Source: Camelus dromedarius (taxonomy: Eukaryota). From it: a stretch of DNA of 64,000 nt. Within the stretch, counting starts at the first letter, position 1. Each line of letters starts with the position of its first letter. The notes below the pieces were generated by a model, which searched no databases, was not told where the DNA came from, and saw only the letters and a list, made by a program, of their open reading frames with translations. The position numbers and the translations under genes were made by a program. Shown piece after piece: positions 53,368 through 64,000 of the stretch. Where the stretch lies: contig NC_087436.1 of NCBI RefSeq assembly GCF_036321535.1, forward strand, positions 87,856,001 through 87,920,000, written 5' to 3'.

Positions 53368-53608
53368 TTTTAAACTACATTTTTGTGTGTATGTGTGTGT
53401 GGAGAGGAGGTAATGAGGTTTATTTATTCTTTAAATGGAAATGATCTCGGGGTTTTTTTAATTTTTGTTTTTTATTTATTTATGTTTGGCTTTTTGAGGG
53501 GAAGATAATTAGGTTTTACTTATTTATTTTAATGGAGGTTCTGAGGATTGAACCTGGGACCTCATGCATGCTAAGCGCACACTCTACCACTGAGCTATAC
53601 CCTCCTCC
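53368..53608 (-). mobile_element. tRNA-Ala-derived SINE with doubled tail
   Basis: Antisense body at 53530-53608; two tail modules at ~53400-53440 and ~53495-53535. Confidence 0.85.
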
Positions 53609-53955
53609 ACTGATTATTAGAATTTTAAAGAGTATTTGTACCGAGCAAACATGAAGGAAGATATTTAGTTCTTTTTTGGATCTCGAAGTCCACGTATGTT
53701 ATATAGCTAGAACCTCATTTCAGTCAAATTATTCTTGTCCTTAAAGTTGATTTATTAAATATGATTTCATTTCGATAACTTGAAGATAGTCTTTTTGTGG
53801 AAATTTATTTGTCAGTCAGTAATAAGCCTTTGTCAGAATGTATTTGACACAGAAAAAATATGCTATCTATAACCTAAAGGGATTATGTTTTACAAATATT
53901 AAATTACTCAAAATCTACCATCTCTTGCATCTGTGCGAATACATTTTTCTAGGTT

Positions 53956-54610
53956 GTGTATTAGTCTTCTACAGATTTCCACAAACGTAGTGGCTTAAAA
54001 CAATATAAATTTATTAGCTTACTGTCCTAGAGGTCAGAAGTCCAGAATGGGTTTCGCTGAGCTGAAATCAAAGTGTCCGCAGGGCTGCATTCCTCTCTGG
54101 GGGCTCGAGGGCTTCCTTTCCCTTCCTTGGCCCATGGCCCCTTCCTCTGTCTGCAAAGCCAGCAACTTGAGCCGAGTTATACTGCCATTTGTCTGGTTCT
54201 GTCTCCAAATCCTTTCACATTCAAGGGTCGTTGTGGTTACATTGGCCCCACCCAAATAATCCAGGATAATCTCGCTATTTTATTTTATTATTATTTTTAT
54301 TACAGTATAGTCAGTTACAGTGTGTCAATTTCTGGTGTACAGCAGAATGTCCCAGTCATACACGTATATACATATGTTTGTTTTCATATTCTTTTTCATT
54401 AAAGGTTATTACAAGATATTGAATACAGTTCCCTGTGTCATACAGAAGGAATTTGTTTTTTATCTATTTTTATATATAGTAGTTAGTCATCTGGTTAGCA
54501 GCCTTAGTTCCATTTTCTACCCTAATTCTCTTTTGTTGTGTGACGTGACATACTCAGTTTCCAAGGGTTGGGATGGAGGCATCTTTAGGAGGCCATTATT
54601 CTGCCCACTA
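53956..54610 (-). mobile_element. MLT1 LTR interrupted by an antisense L1 3' fragment (~54277-54482)
   Basis: tgtattagtcttct...gtggcttaaaacaatataaatttatt...ccaggataatctc [L1: tatagtcagttacagtgtgtcaatttctggtgtacagc] ...ggccattattctgcccacta. Confidence 0.85.
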
Positions 54611-54831
54611 GAGGTGTTAATGTTTTCATTTTAGAATTGTGATTATATATACTGTGACTCTCTAAATTGAAATTCTGTGTTGTTACTTTAAAAGGGGAAG
54701 GGGGCAATGACTAATTGTTTGGAGCTAAGTTATTATCTTCACCTTGGCCCTGATACCTTTAAATAAGTTTCTTTATAAATTTCATTAAGTTATAAAATGA
54801 AATAATAATGTACTTATATATTATTTCTTAG

Positions 54832-54879
54832 GTTATTTAGCAGCAAATCCAAGATTTGGATCATTGCCTAAAGTCGCAC
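54832..54879 (+). CDS. OCIAD2: OCIAD2 coding exon 4 (GYLAANPRFGSLPKVA)
   Basis: Acceptor ttatttcttag, donor CAC|GTAAGT, 48 nt. OCIA motif RFGSLPKV. Confidence 0.97.
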
Positions 54880-55832
54880 GTAAGTCATAGAAGTTAAAAA
54901 AAAAAAAAAAGATTCACTTTTTTTAAAAAGATGTGTGTGGCAACTGGAGAGGGAATGTCCAGGTTAACCAAATTGCATGTGTTGACTCTCTGAAAAATCG
55001 GTTTCCATTTTTTGCCGCTTTGCAATTTTTAGTACGTTCAGCACTTTCTGATAGAAAGCTGAGCAGTAGGGACGTCACCCTAGTCCTCTTTAAAGCATGG
55101 ACTAGGAGGGCCTGGCAGGATATACGAGAGGACCTCAGCAGCAGAGCCTCGGAATGACAGCTCCAGCAGAGGTTTTCATTTTCTTCTTTTGGTCAGTCTT
55201 TTTGAATTATTTTCTGTAATGGACATAATAAATGAATGATTTTTTTTTAATGAGGGCTTTCTATTAAACATTTACCATAAACTTGAAAGTTTCATCTTCT
55301 TGCACTGATTATAACAGACCTCGCATGTACACAGAGGATGCTTTCCCGTTTATAATCTGAAACTTCATTCCCAGCAGGAAGAGCAGGCTAGAGATTTCTC
55401 CTGTAGGTGGTTCCCTCTGCCTTGCGACCTCTGTCCCCTACAGGCAAGAGGGACTGCAGCTCCCCATACGCCAATCCAGAGAATTAAGGGTCTCTCCCAC
55501 CCAGTGGTTTGGAGGCTGCCTATAGCCACAACCCACGTCCTACCTCTCCCTCCCGTGGTGGCTTCAGAGATTTGTTGGCCAGTGGGCCTCCCTCTGGCTG
55601 CCCGTCTCTGGGACATCACCTTTACTTGCTCTGTCCTGGCCCTCCTACCTCCAGTTCAAAACTCAGGACATCAAAAAGTCTGCAGTTCCCAAGCTTGCTC
55701 TTTAATAGCTTCTTCCCCATAGTTTTTGTTCATTGATTTATCAAGGTACTTCTGATATAAAAATTACCACTTTTAATAAAGAAACTTCCAGAAGGTAATT
55801 AATAGAGGCAATTCCAAACCTTTAAATTATTT

Positions 55833-55947
55833 TTAACATCTTTTTATTGAGTTATAGTCATTTTACAGTGTTGTGTCAAATTCCAGTTTAGAGCACAATT
55901 TTTCAGTTATACATGAACATACATATATTCATTGTCACATTTTTTTC
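55833..55947 (-). mobile_element. L1 3' stub with perfect 19-bp TSD, just upstream of an OCIAD2 exon
   Basis: TSD ccaaacctttaaattattt at 55814-55832 and 55948-55966; same L1 tail type as 38959-39026. Confidence 0.9.
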
Positions 55948-55990
55948 CCAAACCTTTAAATTATTTATCTTTCCCGACCTGCTTTTACAG

Positions 55991-56108
55991 TTGCTGGTAT
56001 CTTGGGATTTGGCCTTGGAAAGGCATCATACATAAGAGTATGCCAGAGTAAATTCCATGTCTTTGAAGATCAGCTGCGTGGGGCTGGTTTTGGTCCAGGG
56101 CATAACAG
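55991..56108 (+). CDS. OCIAD2: OCIAD2 coding exon 5 (LAGILGFGLGKASYIRVCQSKFHVFEDQLRGAGFGPGHN)
   Basis: Acceptor gcttttacag, donor CAG|GTTGGT, 118 nt, phase 1-2. Overlaps ORF-track entry 56002..56202. Confidence 0.97.
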
Positions 56109-56935
56109 GTTGGTACTCTGTTTGATTGAGGGATTGTTAAAGATAATTATTGAAAAGCAAATGAAAGATCATTTACTATTTATAATATTAAACAGTTTGT
56201 AATATTCATATGTTGAAAAAAGACTCAAAGTTTGAGTTGTTGCTGTTGAACCTCAATAATAATTATTTATGATTTAACTGAATTACTTATTTCATTTGCT
56301 TAGTTAACATTTAGTGAGTACCGACTATGTTCAAGGCATTGTGCAAGTCTATAGAGTGCCTTAGTCAGCAGACACAGCTTCTACCATCACGGGATTATAT
56401 AAATTTAAACAAGGTTCTTTACTGCAGGACTTCTCAGAGCCTTTACTATATTAATGTAAATTGTGATTCTCATTAGGGGTGCAAGCAGTAGGACTCTGGA
56501 ATTAGCAGCATTACCTCTGCTGTTAGAGTCCCTGGGTTCAAAAGCAGTTCTAGCACTTGTGTGACCTTGGACAAGTTTCTTAAACTCTCAAATCTTCAGT
56601 TTTCCCATCTGTGTAAAATGGTGATCAGAATTGTTTTCATGGGATATTATAAGGAATAGAAATGATTGTCTATGACAGTCAGTGCTCTGTAAATAGTAGC
56701 TATTTCTACCATGGTATTACAGAACTAGTGCTGGGGACACATTTCTGTAAAGATCCCTCACTTGTCACAGTGGACTATGTTTGAGAGTCAGTACGACATG
56801 GTGAAAACAACATGGGACGGAAAGAGCACTGTTAGCCTTTCTGTGGATGAAATTCAAGGAGTCTGAAACCAAGAAACAACTCCTATTATTCTTGAAAAAA
56901 ATTAGGCTTGAGAACTTTAGGTTAGAAAATATTCC

Positions 56936-57170
56936 GAGGGGGTGGAGGGTGTAGCTCCGTGGTAAAGCACATGCTTATTGTGCAAGAGGTCGTGGATTCA
57001 ATCCCCAGCACCTCTGGTGACAAAAAAAAATAAGAAGAAGAAGAAGGAGGAGGAGGAGGAGGGGGAGGGAAGAAGAAGAAGGAGGAGAAGGAGAAGAAGA
57101 AGAAGAAGAAGAAGAAGAAGAAAGGAGGGGGGAGGGGCAGGGGGACGGGGAAGGGGAAGGAGAAGAAAGA
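56936..57170 (+). mobile_element. tRNA-Ala-derived SINE with expanded (GAA/GGA)n purine tail
   Basis: gagggtgtagctccgtggtaaagcacatgctt...ttcaatccccagcacctc followed by the purine tract; imperfect TSD agaaaata. Confidence 0.9.
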
Positions 57171-57250
57171 AAATACCTCTAAATAATATTGTGTTCAGAC
57201 TAGAGCTTCCAATGTCAAAGTGCAAACCACCATTTTTGCTTCTGTTCTAG

Positions 57251-57332
57251 GCACTGCCTACTTACCTGTGAGGAATGCAAAATAAAGCATGGATTAAGTG
57301 AGGAGGGACGTTCACAACCTTCGGCTTCCTAA
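57251..57332 (+). CDS. OCIAD2: OCIAD2 last coding exon (RHCLLTCEECKIKHGLSEEGRSQPSAS*)
   Basis: Acceptor ttctgttctag, stop TAA at 57330-57332. Exon lengths 66+97+54+48+118+82 = 465 nt = 154 aa plus stop. Confidence 0.97.
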
Positions 57333-58004
57333 ACTCTGTGACTGTGGCTTTTGAAGTTTCTAAAAACCTCTGAATTTGTACACATTTAAATTTTCAAGTG
57401 TGCTTTAAAATAACATACTTATAGTGGAATAGTTACATGGTGATTTTTCTCACTCTGTTGAAATGCTTTCAGTGTTAATTCTCAATTGACTTGAGCACTA
57501 CATGTTTTTCTGCTGCTTAAGATCATGTTGGGAGCATTCATACACCAAAAGAAAGAACGTAGCACTCTAAAAGAAAGAATGTCGCACTCTCACTTGCTTA
57601 CAGCTAATTAAAAGAATTTAGAGATGTCTCTCATTCGACCGCATCCATTCTTTGACTCTGCTTTTGTTCAGGCTTTTAAGATCTCTAACAGAGGACAGGA
57701 ATGAGTTGAGAAATTTGAAAAGTCCTGCCCCAGAGAAAACCAGTTTGTACAGATAGAAATACAGGGCAAGAAAGATTGTGTCTATGGGAAGTCCTTTTTA
57801 AAATATGGGGGGCCAAGATTTTTTAACTTAATGAAAAACATTTCATTTGGTAGAGTCACAATATGAATCAGCTGTCCTTTTGGTGACCTAAGTGACTTTA
57901 TGTCTCATCGGTATGATAAGGTTTTGGAAAAGTCTGTTGTCTTTGGGTTACTTACTTACCTAATGCGTAGTACTGATGGTCAGCACTCAAGAGCTGGGTC
58001 CTTA

Positions 58005-58130
58005 GTGAGGAGAGTATAGCTCAGTGGTAGAATGTACGTCTAGCATGCATGAGGTCCTGGGTTCAATCCCCAGTACCTCCATTAAAAAATATTAAATAAA
58101 CAAACCTAATTACTGCCCCCCCAATTAAAA
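58005..58130 (+). mobile_element. tRNA-Ala-derived SINE downstream of the OCIAD2 stop
   Basis: agtatagctcagtggtagaatg...gaggtcctgggttcaatccccagtacctccattaaa...aaataaacaaacctaattac. Confidence 0.92.
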
Positions 58131-59350
58131 CCCATAACTGTGTTCTTTTTTATACTGCTAGTGGCCTGAAAGAATAAACACAACTTCCCAAAATGTCCCT
58201 CCTTCTCCCGAGAAACAGTTTACATATTTCTGAGAGGAATCACCAGAATTAATTCATGGAATGATAAACTTCAGGGCTTTGAGGGAGCTCAGAGGCTAGC
58301 CAACCCAACTCCAAGCATTGAATTCCTATTCTCCTGCCAGGTTTTTTTGCATGAAAACAAACTCTTCCCCCGGGGACCTTTTGTTTTACAGCAGGTTGTC
58401 TGAGCCTTCCATGAAAACTTCTCATATCTTTGCATTTTCTCAGGAAAATATGCATATGTATCACCATTTATATATATATATAGTGTGTGTGGTGTGTGTT
58501 CACAGTTGCATTTTACTTAATACATCTTGAAACCTGTACCATGGAGGTGAAAAAGGGAATCTCATCATAGGTTAATGCTTGATAGATAAAATTTTATGTT
58601 CTACATCAAAAATATTTGGAAGTTTTTATTTTTACATGAACATTAAGTGTATAAAATGGGGTGACTTTGACAAGGTCTTTTTTTATATTACACAACCCGG
58701 TTTTTCCATTGATAAAGTTCTATTTCTGTAAATCAGAACACAGAGCCAATATCTTAGCTTCTTGGATGCACTTTAACTCCTGGCTCTGACAACTAGCAAT
58801 TGGTGACTTTGTTATCTCAGCTACTGGTGAAAATTCAGAATTGGGCACATTTATTTCCTGCGTCCCAGAAAATGATTTCCCAGGGATCAGAACATTTTCA
58901 CATTGCTAAGCACAGCAGGTCAATGTTAAAATCAGCCTCAGGGCAGTGGGAAAAGGTGAATCCATTATTGTTGAAAAGGAACATTGCTTTTGCTGCTGAC
59001 ATCTTCATAGTCCTTTAAATTCCAGTTGGGCTTATGGTTTGGGCTCTTGATTTTCCTAAGTGGATTAGCTTTTCATTGAAGCAGTTTATCACAGTGATCT
59101 TACTGTTAAAGGAAATCAATAAAGAAAAAAAAATTGGAAGGTCATCCAAGAAATCTTGAATATTTTTGCTGCATTATCTGTTGTACATATTAGGAAGCAA
59201 GTATCTGAGGGAGAATGTCTGTTTTTGCAAGAAGATGTGTTAAAGGAGCCGAATTTGTTAGCATTTAGCGGTTACCAGCACTCATCCCCAAGGTGGTCAG
59301 TAGTTTATAAAAGCAGTACTTTAATGATATATTTAAAAAAAAAAAACCTC

Positions 59351-59448
59351 GGTGGGGTGGGGTGGGAAATAGCTCAGTGATGGAGCACACGCTTAGCATG
59401 CCTAAGGTCCTGGGTTCAATCCCCAGTATTTCCATTAAACAAAAAAAA
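59351..59448 (+). mobile_element. tRNA-Ala-derived SINE
   Basis: atagctcagtgatggagcacacgcttagcatgcctaaggtcctgggttcaatccccagt. Confidence 0.9.
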
Positions 59449-60099
59449 TTATACACACACACACACACACAACATGGACTGATGTTCAAGAATGAAGAAA
59501 ATGGAAAAGATTCCATTATTTCACATTTGGTTAATGGAATTTAAAATGTATCATTTACCTACTTTATCCCTGGATGTACTTGTAAGAAGAGACAAACTTG
59601 ATATCTGAAATCAACAAGCCTTGTCACACATTTGTACCTTCTCTAAACAATGTTGTAACATGCTCTTAACAGTGGAGAATGGCATTAATGAGAATAAGGA
59701 TGATCTTTATCCAACCAGAAAACATCAAAATGATTTCTTTTAATCCCATGCATTCTGTGGCACTCCAGTCATGCTTGGAAGTGTGTTCCTGTTTTAAGTT
59801 ACATACAAATGGATGACAAGAAAGGATTCTATCAAGCTGTTTTAAATTTTGAGACATTACTCAAGTTTTCCACCCACTATTAGCTAAGGTGGCCATTTGT
59901 TTCTAAATTTTTCTTCTGTATGATCCTGGGATTCAAAAGTTCTTGCTAGAGTTAAGCTATATTCTGCATGAAGTACACATTTCACAATTTTAAAAATAGT
60001 AGAAAAATCCTTTTATGTCTGATTTGTTTACCAAAATAGATCAGAATTTCCAGAATTTCTGATGTCTCTCTCTCCCTACCTATATATGATGACGACCAG

Positions 60100-62165
60100 T
60101 TCAGAGGACAACAGGATTAACCTGCTTCTTCATTCAGGCACTTGAACTGGTAACAAGAGTGGCTCCGTATCAGGCCCTGTGCTGAGATCCAGGCTCTACC
60201 ACTCACAGGTGACCTGGCTTCATTTTTGCAGTACCTTCAGTATCTGCACACTGAGCCATCAGTTCCACAACTGCCTCAAATCGAATCCCTATAATAAATC
60301 CCTTACTCTATATCATTCAGAGCAATTCTATTTTTCCATCAAACTCTTAATACAGACACCGGGTAGCTGGAAGTGGGGGGCTGCCGTAACAAAAACCTAA
60401 AGCGTGTAGCATTGGTTTTTGAAAAAGTGGCAGGTGGATGTTGGCAGGACCTTGAGGAGGTTGTTAGGGAAAACCTAAAGGGCCTGGATGAGAGCATTAT
60501 CAGAAGCCTAAAGAGCTTCCAAGGAGGCTGTCAAGGAGGGATAACGAGAGAGAGGAAAATGTTACTGAAAGCTGGAGGAGACCCTGATTGGGCAGTAAAG
60601 TTTAGTGAAACTGTTACCTGTGGTAAAATGGAAAAATGGAAGATGTACCTCATAAACTTGATCTAGTTAAGATTTCTGGGCAGTGTTGAAGATGCTATCT
60701 GGCATTTTCTAGCTGTCTAAAGTAAAATGAGAGAGAAGAAACATACTATAAAGAACAAATTATTCCATTTTCAAAAGTGATTTGGAGAAAATATAAAAGC
60801 TCAGGAGAGTCTTTTTAAGCCAGGAAAGAAGTTCTCAGATTCAGAAGTGGCTTCCAGGCAAAGATCGAATCCAGAGCTGGGCACTAGAATTTTTTGTTCT
60901 GGACTTCAGAAGCCCGAGTGCCTCAGGACACTTCAGACACAAATGGCCTTCTACGTGTCTTAAAGGCATAACTTCGTGGACCCTACCCAAGGCTTCCCAG
61001 AATCTTAGGGATGTTGTTTATCAGCCTTACAGGATGCACCACTTAGAAAAGAGACTATTTCTAGTAGATTTATGGGAGGCTTTTGCATAATGGACTGTAA
61101 GTTGATACATTAAAACTCCACAGGTTCTGAAAAAACAAAATTCCACGGGTTTAGAAAATTCTATCAGTTTAGAGATGGACTGTATAAAAAGAGGCCTTGG
61201 GATCCCTAATTCCTATGGGCAGGAAGCAGGCTGAGAACACTACTCAGTGGCAAACACGAGCTACCTTTATGGGAGGACTCAGAGGGCAGGCCCAAGAGCC
61301 CTGAAGAATAACCCCTGGGGAGTTATGCCTCACTCCTAGTCAAAGAGAATGAGGCTGGCTGGACTTCAGAATTGCTATGGGCAGGTGACTGTTGCATGCC
61401 TCTCATTTTCCCCACCCCCACTTTTGAATGTGAAAGTCTAAAGAAGTAATGTTTTGCCTAATTAGAATTTGAGATGAACAGGGATGATTACTTCTAAATT
61501 CATAGGTCTTCAGGCTGAGAGGAATGGTACTAAAGGACCTTCACCCAAACATCTCATCCACAACTGGACCTGGTTAGATGATGAGCTCCTAGACTTAGAG
61601 CTCTTATAATGGATTACGAACTGAAGGTCCTGGGAAAAGTATGTTTATTTTGCACGTGGGAATGGTGCCAATCACTATGGTCAAATGGCAGACTGAAAAG
61701 ACAGCTCAGTGTCTTCCATCCCATGTGTTCTTTTAAAAATGTGACTCTGTGGGGCGTCTACACTCCCACCCTTTGATAGGTAGGCTTATGAAGAAATGAT
61801 GCTACACAACTTCTGAGGCAAGGTTATAAAGGCAATACAGCTTTTGACATGCTTGCTGGACTCATGCTAGAGCCCTAAATGGTCCTGTAAACAGTCTGAT
61901 GGCTCTGGGCACATCGCTAATCGTAGGAGACATGGCAAGGTCCTAACACTAAGTGGAGAGGCCCTGTCCAGGCCCCAGCCTAGCTCCCTGCTGTCTTAGC
62001 TCCACCCAGTATCTGACTTCAGACCCAAGAGACCTAGAGCCAAATCACTCAGCGGAATCCTTCCTTAATTCCTGATGCATTAAGAACACCGAGATAATAA
62101 ATGATTGTTGTTTCAGGCCACAAAGTTTGTGGATGATCTTCTGCAGCAGTAGCTAACTGAAACAA
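60100..62165 (+). mobile_element. ERVL-MaLR remnant: LTR-like piece, MLT1-type internal region (~60360-61680), MLT1 LTR (~61680-62165)
   Basis: Internal start ggtagctggaagtgggggctgccgtaacaaaaacctaaa; LTR end gagataataaatgattgttgtttcaggccacaaagtttgtgg...gcagcagtagctaactgaaaca. Confidence 0.7.
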
Positions 62166-62279
62166 CTGAGCTAATTTCTGGTAGAAATGTAATGAGTAAG
62201 TATAGTTTAGATGAGAACACAATTTCATTTTCCATTCACCTGAATCAGAAACATACATTAGGTCAATAATGAATAAAGT

Positions 62280-62992
62280 ATACCAAATTTTTATTCCCCT
62301 GGAATTTGCAAACTTTTCAGCACTGCTTTTTTAAGGGATTGAGCTATTTATTGTATGTGGATTTATTTACCGAGTCACATTCATATAATTATTAAATATT
62401 CAGAGACGTGTACCTTTCCTAATCCCTACAAAACACCACTTACTTGTAATTGTACTTAAATATTGCAAACAATAAAATGACAAAATCAACGAAGATGCAT
62501 GTTCCTTTAAATTTTATTTACCATAAACATTTAAGAGAATACAGCAAACACTGGAGAAAGCCTTTTTAATTATTTTTGATGTAAAGTTTCACACTTAAAA
62601 TTATGCTCGCTCCCCCCACCCACCCCAAGTGAACATGCAGGTATCATTTACTCCCATATATGGTGATTCTAGAGCATTACACTCTCTTGATACTTTAATA
62701 ACAGAGTATCCTGTTTTCATTGAAGCAGTATCCTTGCCCTGAAACCCAACTGTGTACAATCATGGCCTAATACCATCATTCAAAGAGTTCCCCAAAATGA
62801 ATATTCACACAATGTTAACATTGAAATCTGTTTTTAAAACATCATTTTAATAAGCCAAACCACAAAAACTCAGGTTCTAGTTTAAATGTGTTTATGAAGA
62901 CTGCTGCTGAGCTCAAAGCATGCAGATGTTCACGACCACCTAGATGAAGCTGGACAGTGAAACTCCTTCAGTAGGTCCAATGATGCAATTTT
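62280..62992 (-). other. OCIAD1: OCIAD1 3' UTR with candidate AATAAA signals
   Basis: AT-rich, repeat-free sequence after the stop. Minus-strand AATAAA at 62513-62518, 62347-62352 and 62290-62295. Confidence 0.7.
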
Positions 62993-63030
62993 TCACTCAT
63001 CCCAAGTATCTCCATATTTGTTTACTTTGA
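62993..63030 (-). CDS. OCIAD1: OCIA domain-containing protein 1, last coding exon (VKVNKYGDTWDE*); upstream exons lie beyond the window
   Basis: Minus-strand acceptor gcttttttcctag (AG at 63032-63031), then TC AAA GTA AAC AAA TAT GGA GAT ACT TGG GAT GAG TGA. Matches the OCIAD1 C-terminus and the known tail-to-tail OCIAD1/OCIAD2 arrangement. Confidence 0.93.
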
Positions 63031-63431
63031 CTAGGAAAAAAGCACAAATAGTTGATGATTCCAAATAGTAATAAGTAAAAGGCACTATTTTGTTTGCTAC
63101 TATTACGGTTTAAAGTTATGTTTCTCTCTCATTTGATAAGTGCACATGAGAGTCAAATGACCCCCATTCTAAGGAAAACAGATTAGTAACTTGCCCAAGG
63201 TACAAGCCTAATGGAACAGGTAGAACTGAAGTCTGAACAAAGGTCTGTTTAGGTCCAAAGCCTGGGTGCCTTTACAACTTTATCATACCAACTAAGTAAG
63301 CGTGGTATATATTTATAGCACATACAAAAAAGTTAGCAGCAAATGAAAAGTAACAACAATAATAAACATTCAAATGTTGTTTTTCACACACACACAAAAA
63401 TTGCATTAGTAATGGTCAAGTCTTCAGATTC

Positions 63432-63568
63432 GGGTTTTTCAAGATATTTTTGTTGTTGGGAAAGGTATAGGTTTATTTATTTATTTTTAAATGGAGGTAC
63501 TGAGAATTGAACCCAGGGCCTTATGCGTGTTAGGCACACCCTCTACCACTGAGCGGTATCTTCCCCTC
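63432..63568 (-). mobile_element. tRNA-Ala-derived SINE in the last OCIAD1 intron, perfect 15-bp TSD
   Basis: TSD caagtcttcagattc at 63417-63431 and 63569-63583. Confidence 0.93.
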
Positions 63569-63767
63569 CAAGTCTTCAGATTCTGATTAACCTTCTCTCC
63601 CATGAGCTGTTAATACTAGTACAAGGAGGAAATATTTTCCAATATTCTTGCATTCTACATAAAATTGTATTTTGAAACATGCTCTTCTGTCTTCTCTATT
63701 TTACTTCTTAGCCTCTCTTCTACGTAGCCTTGCGAATCACAGCTCTTCAGAAGGTAACAACGTAAAG

Positions 63768-63985
63768 CAGCAGTTATCAAAGTATGACTGGGGGACCCCT
63801 TCCCCAAGACTCTTTCAGTGAGTCTCTGAAGTCAAAACTACCCCATTGTTACAGTGAGACATTACATACCCTTTCCCCTCATACCTTGCCTTTTCCCCTT
63901 GCTTTTCCTTCCCTTATGAGTAGAAGGCAGTTTTCATGAAGCTACATGATGTGTGGTGACATCACTGCTCTGACAGCTAACTGAA
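63768..63985 (+). mobile_element. Charlie1-like hAT element, 5' end
   Basis: cagcagttatcaaagtatgactgggggacccct...ctttcag...gtcaaaacta...agctacatgatgtgtg. Confidence 0.6.
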
Positions 63986-64000
63986 AATTCCTCCCGTACT

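Noticed and set aside
1..64000. CRISPR array or prokaryotic-type defence/mobile system
   Set aside because: The sequence is intron-containing mammalian DNA, and no regularly spaced repeat-spacer structure or operon-like ORF cluster is present.

Overview
This is mammalian genomic DNA, most likely from a camelid (alpaca or camel); that is inferred from 12 copies of a tRNA-Ala(AGC)-derived SINE of the camelid Vic-1 type. The window holds the complete OCIAD2 gene on the + strand: a CpG-island promoter at ~43.8 kb and six coding exons (46290-57332) that join into a 465-nt ORF (154 aa) with GT-AG introns throughout. It also holds the last exon of the convergent paralogue OCIAD1 on the - strand (…VKVNKYGDTWDE*, stop 62993-62995). 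The first ~43 kb appears intergenic and is mostly L1, L2, MIR, MaLR/ERVL LTR and hAT-transposon debris plus microsatellites. The long ORFs in the six-frame track are repeat or low-complexity artefacts. I see no evidence of a new gene family or multi-gene system. The best leads are: (1) a candidate RFX/CCAAT upstream promoter with a splice donor at ~35.1 kb; (2) an L1 stub that duplicated the branch-point region of OCIAD2's frame-shifting exon; (3) no canonical proximal polyA signal in OCIAD2, with a SINE-donated one further downstream; (4) several motif clusters that look like enhancers; (5) nested or scrambled retroelements. Repeat family names and gene identities come from remembered consensus and protein sequences, not from a database search.
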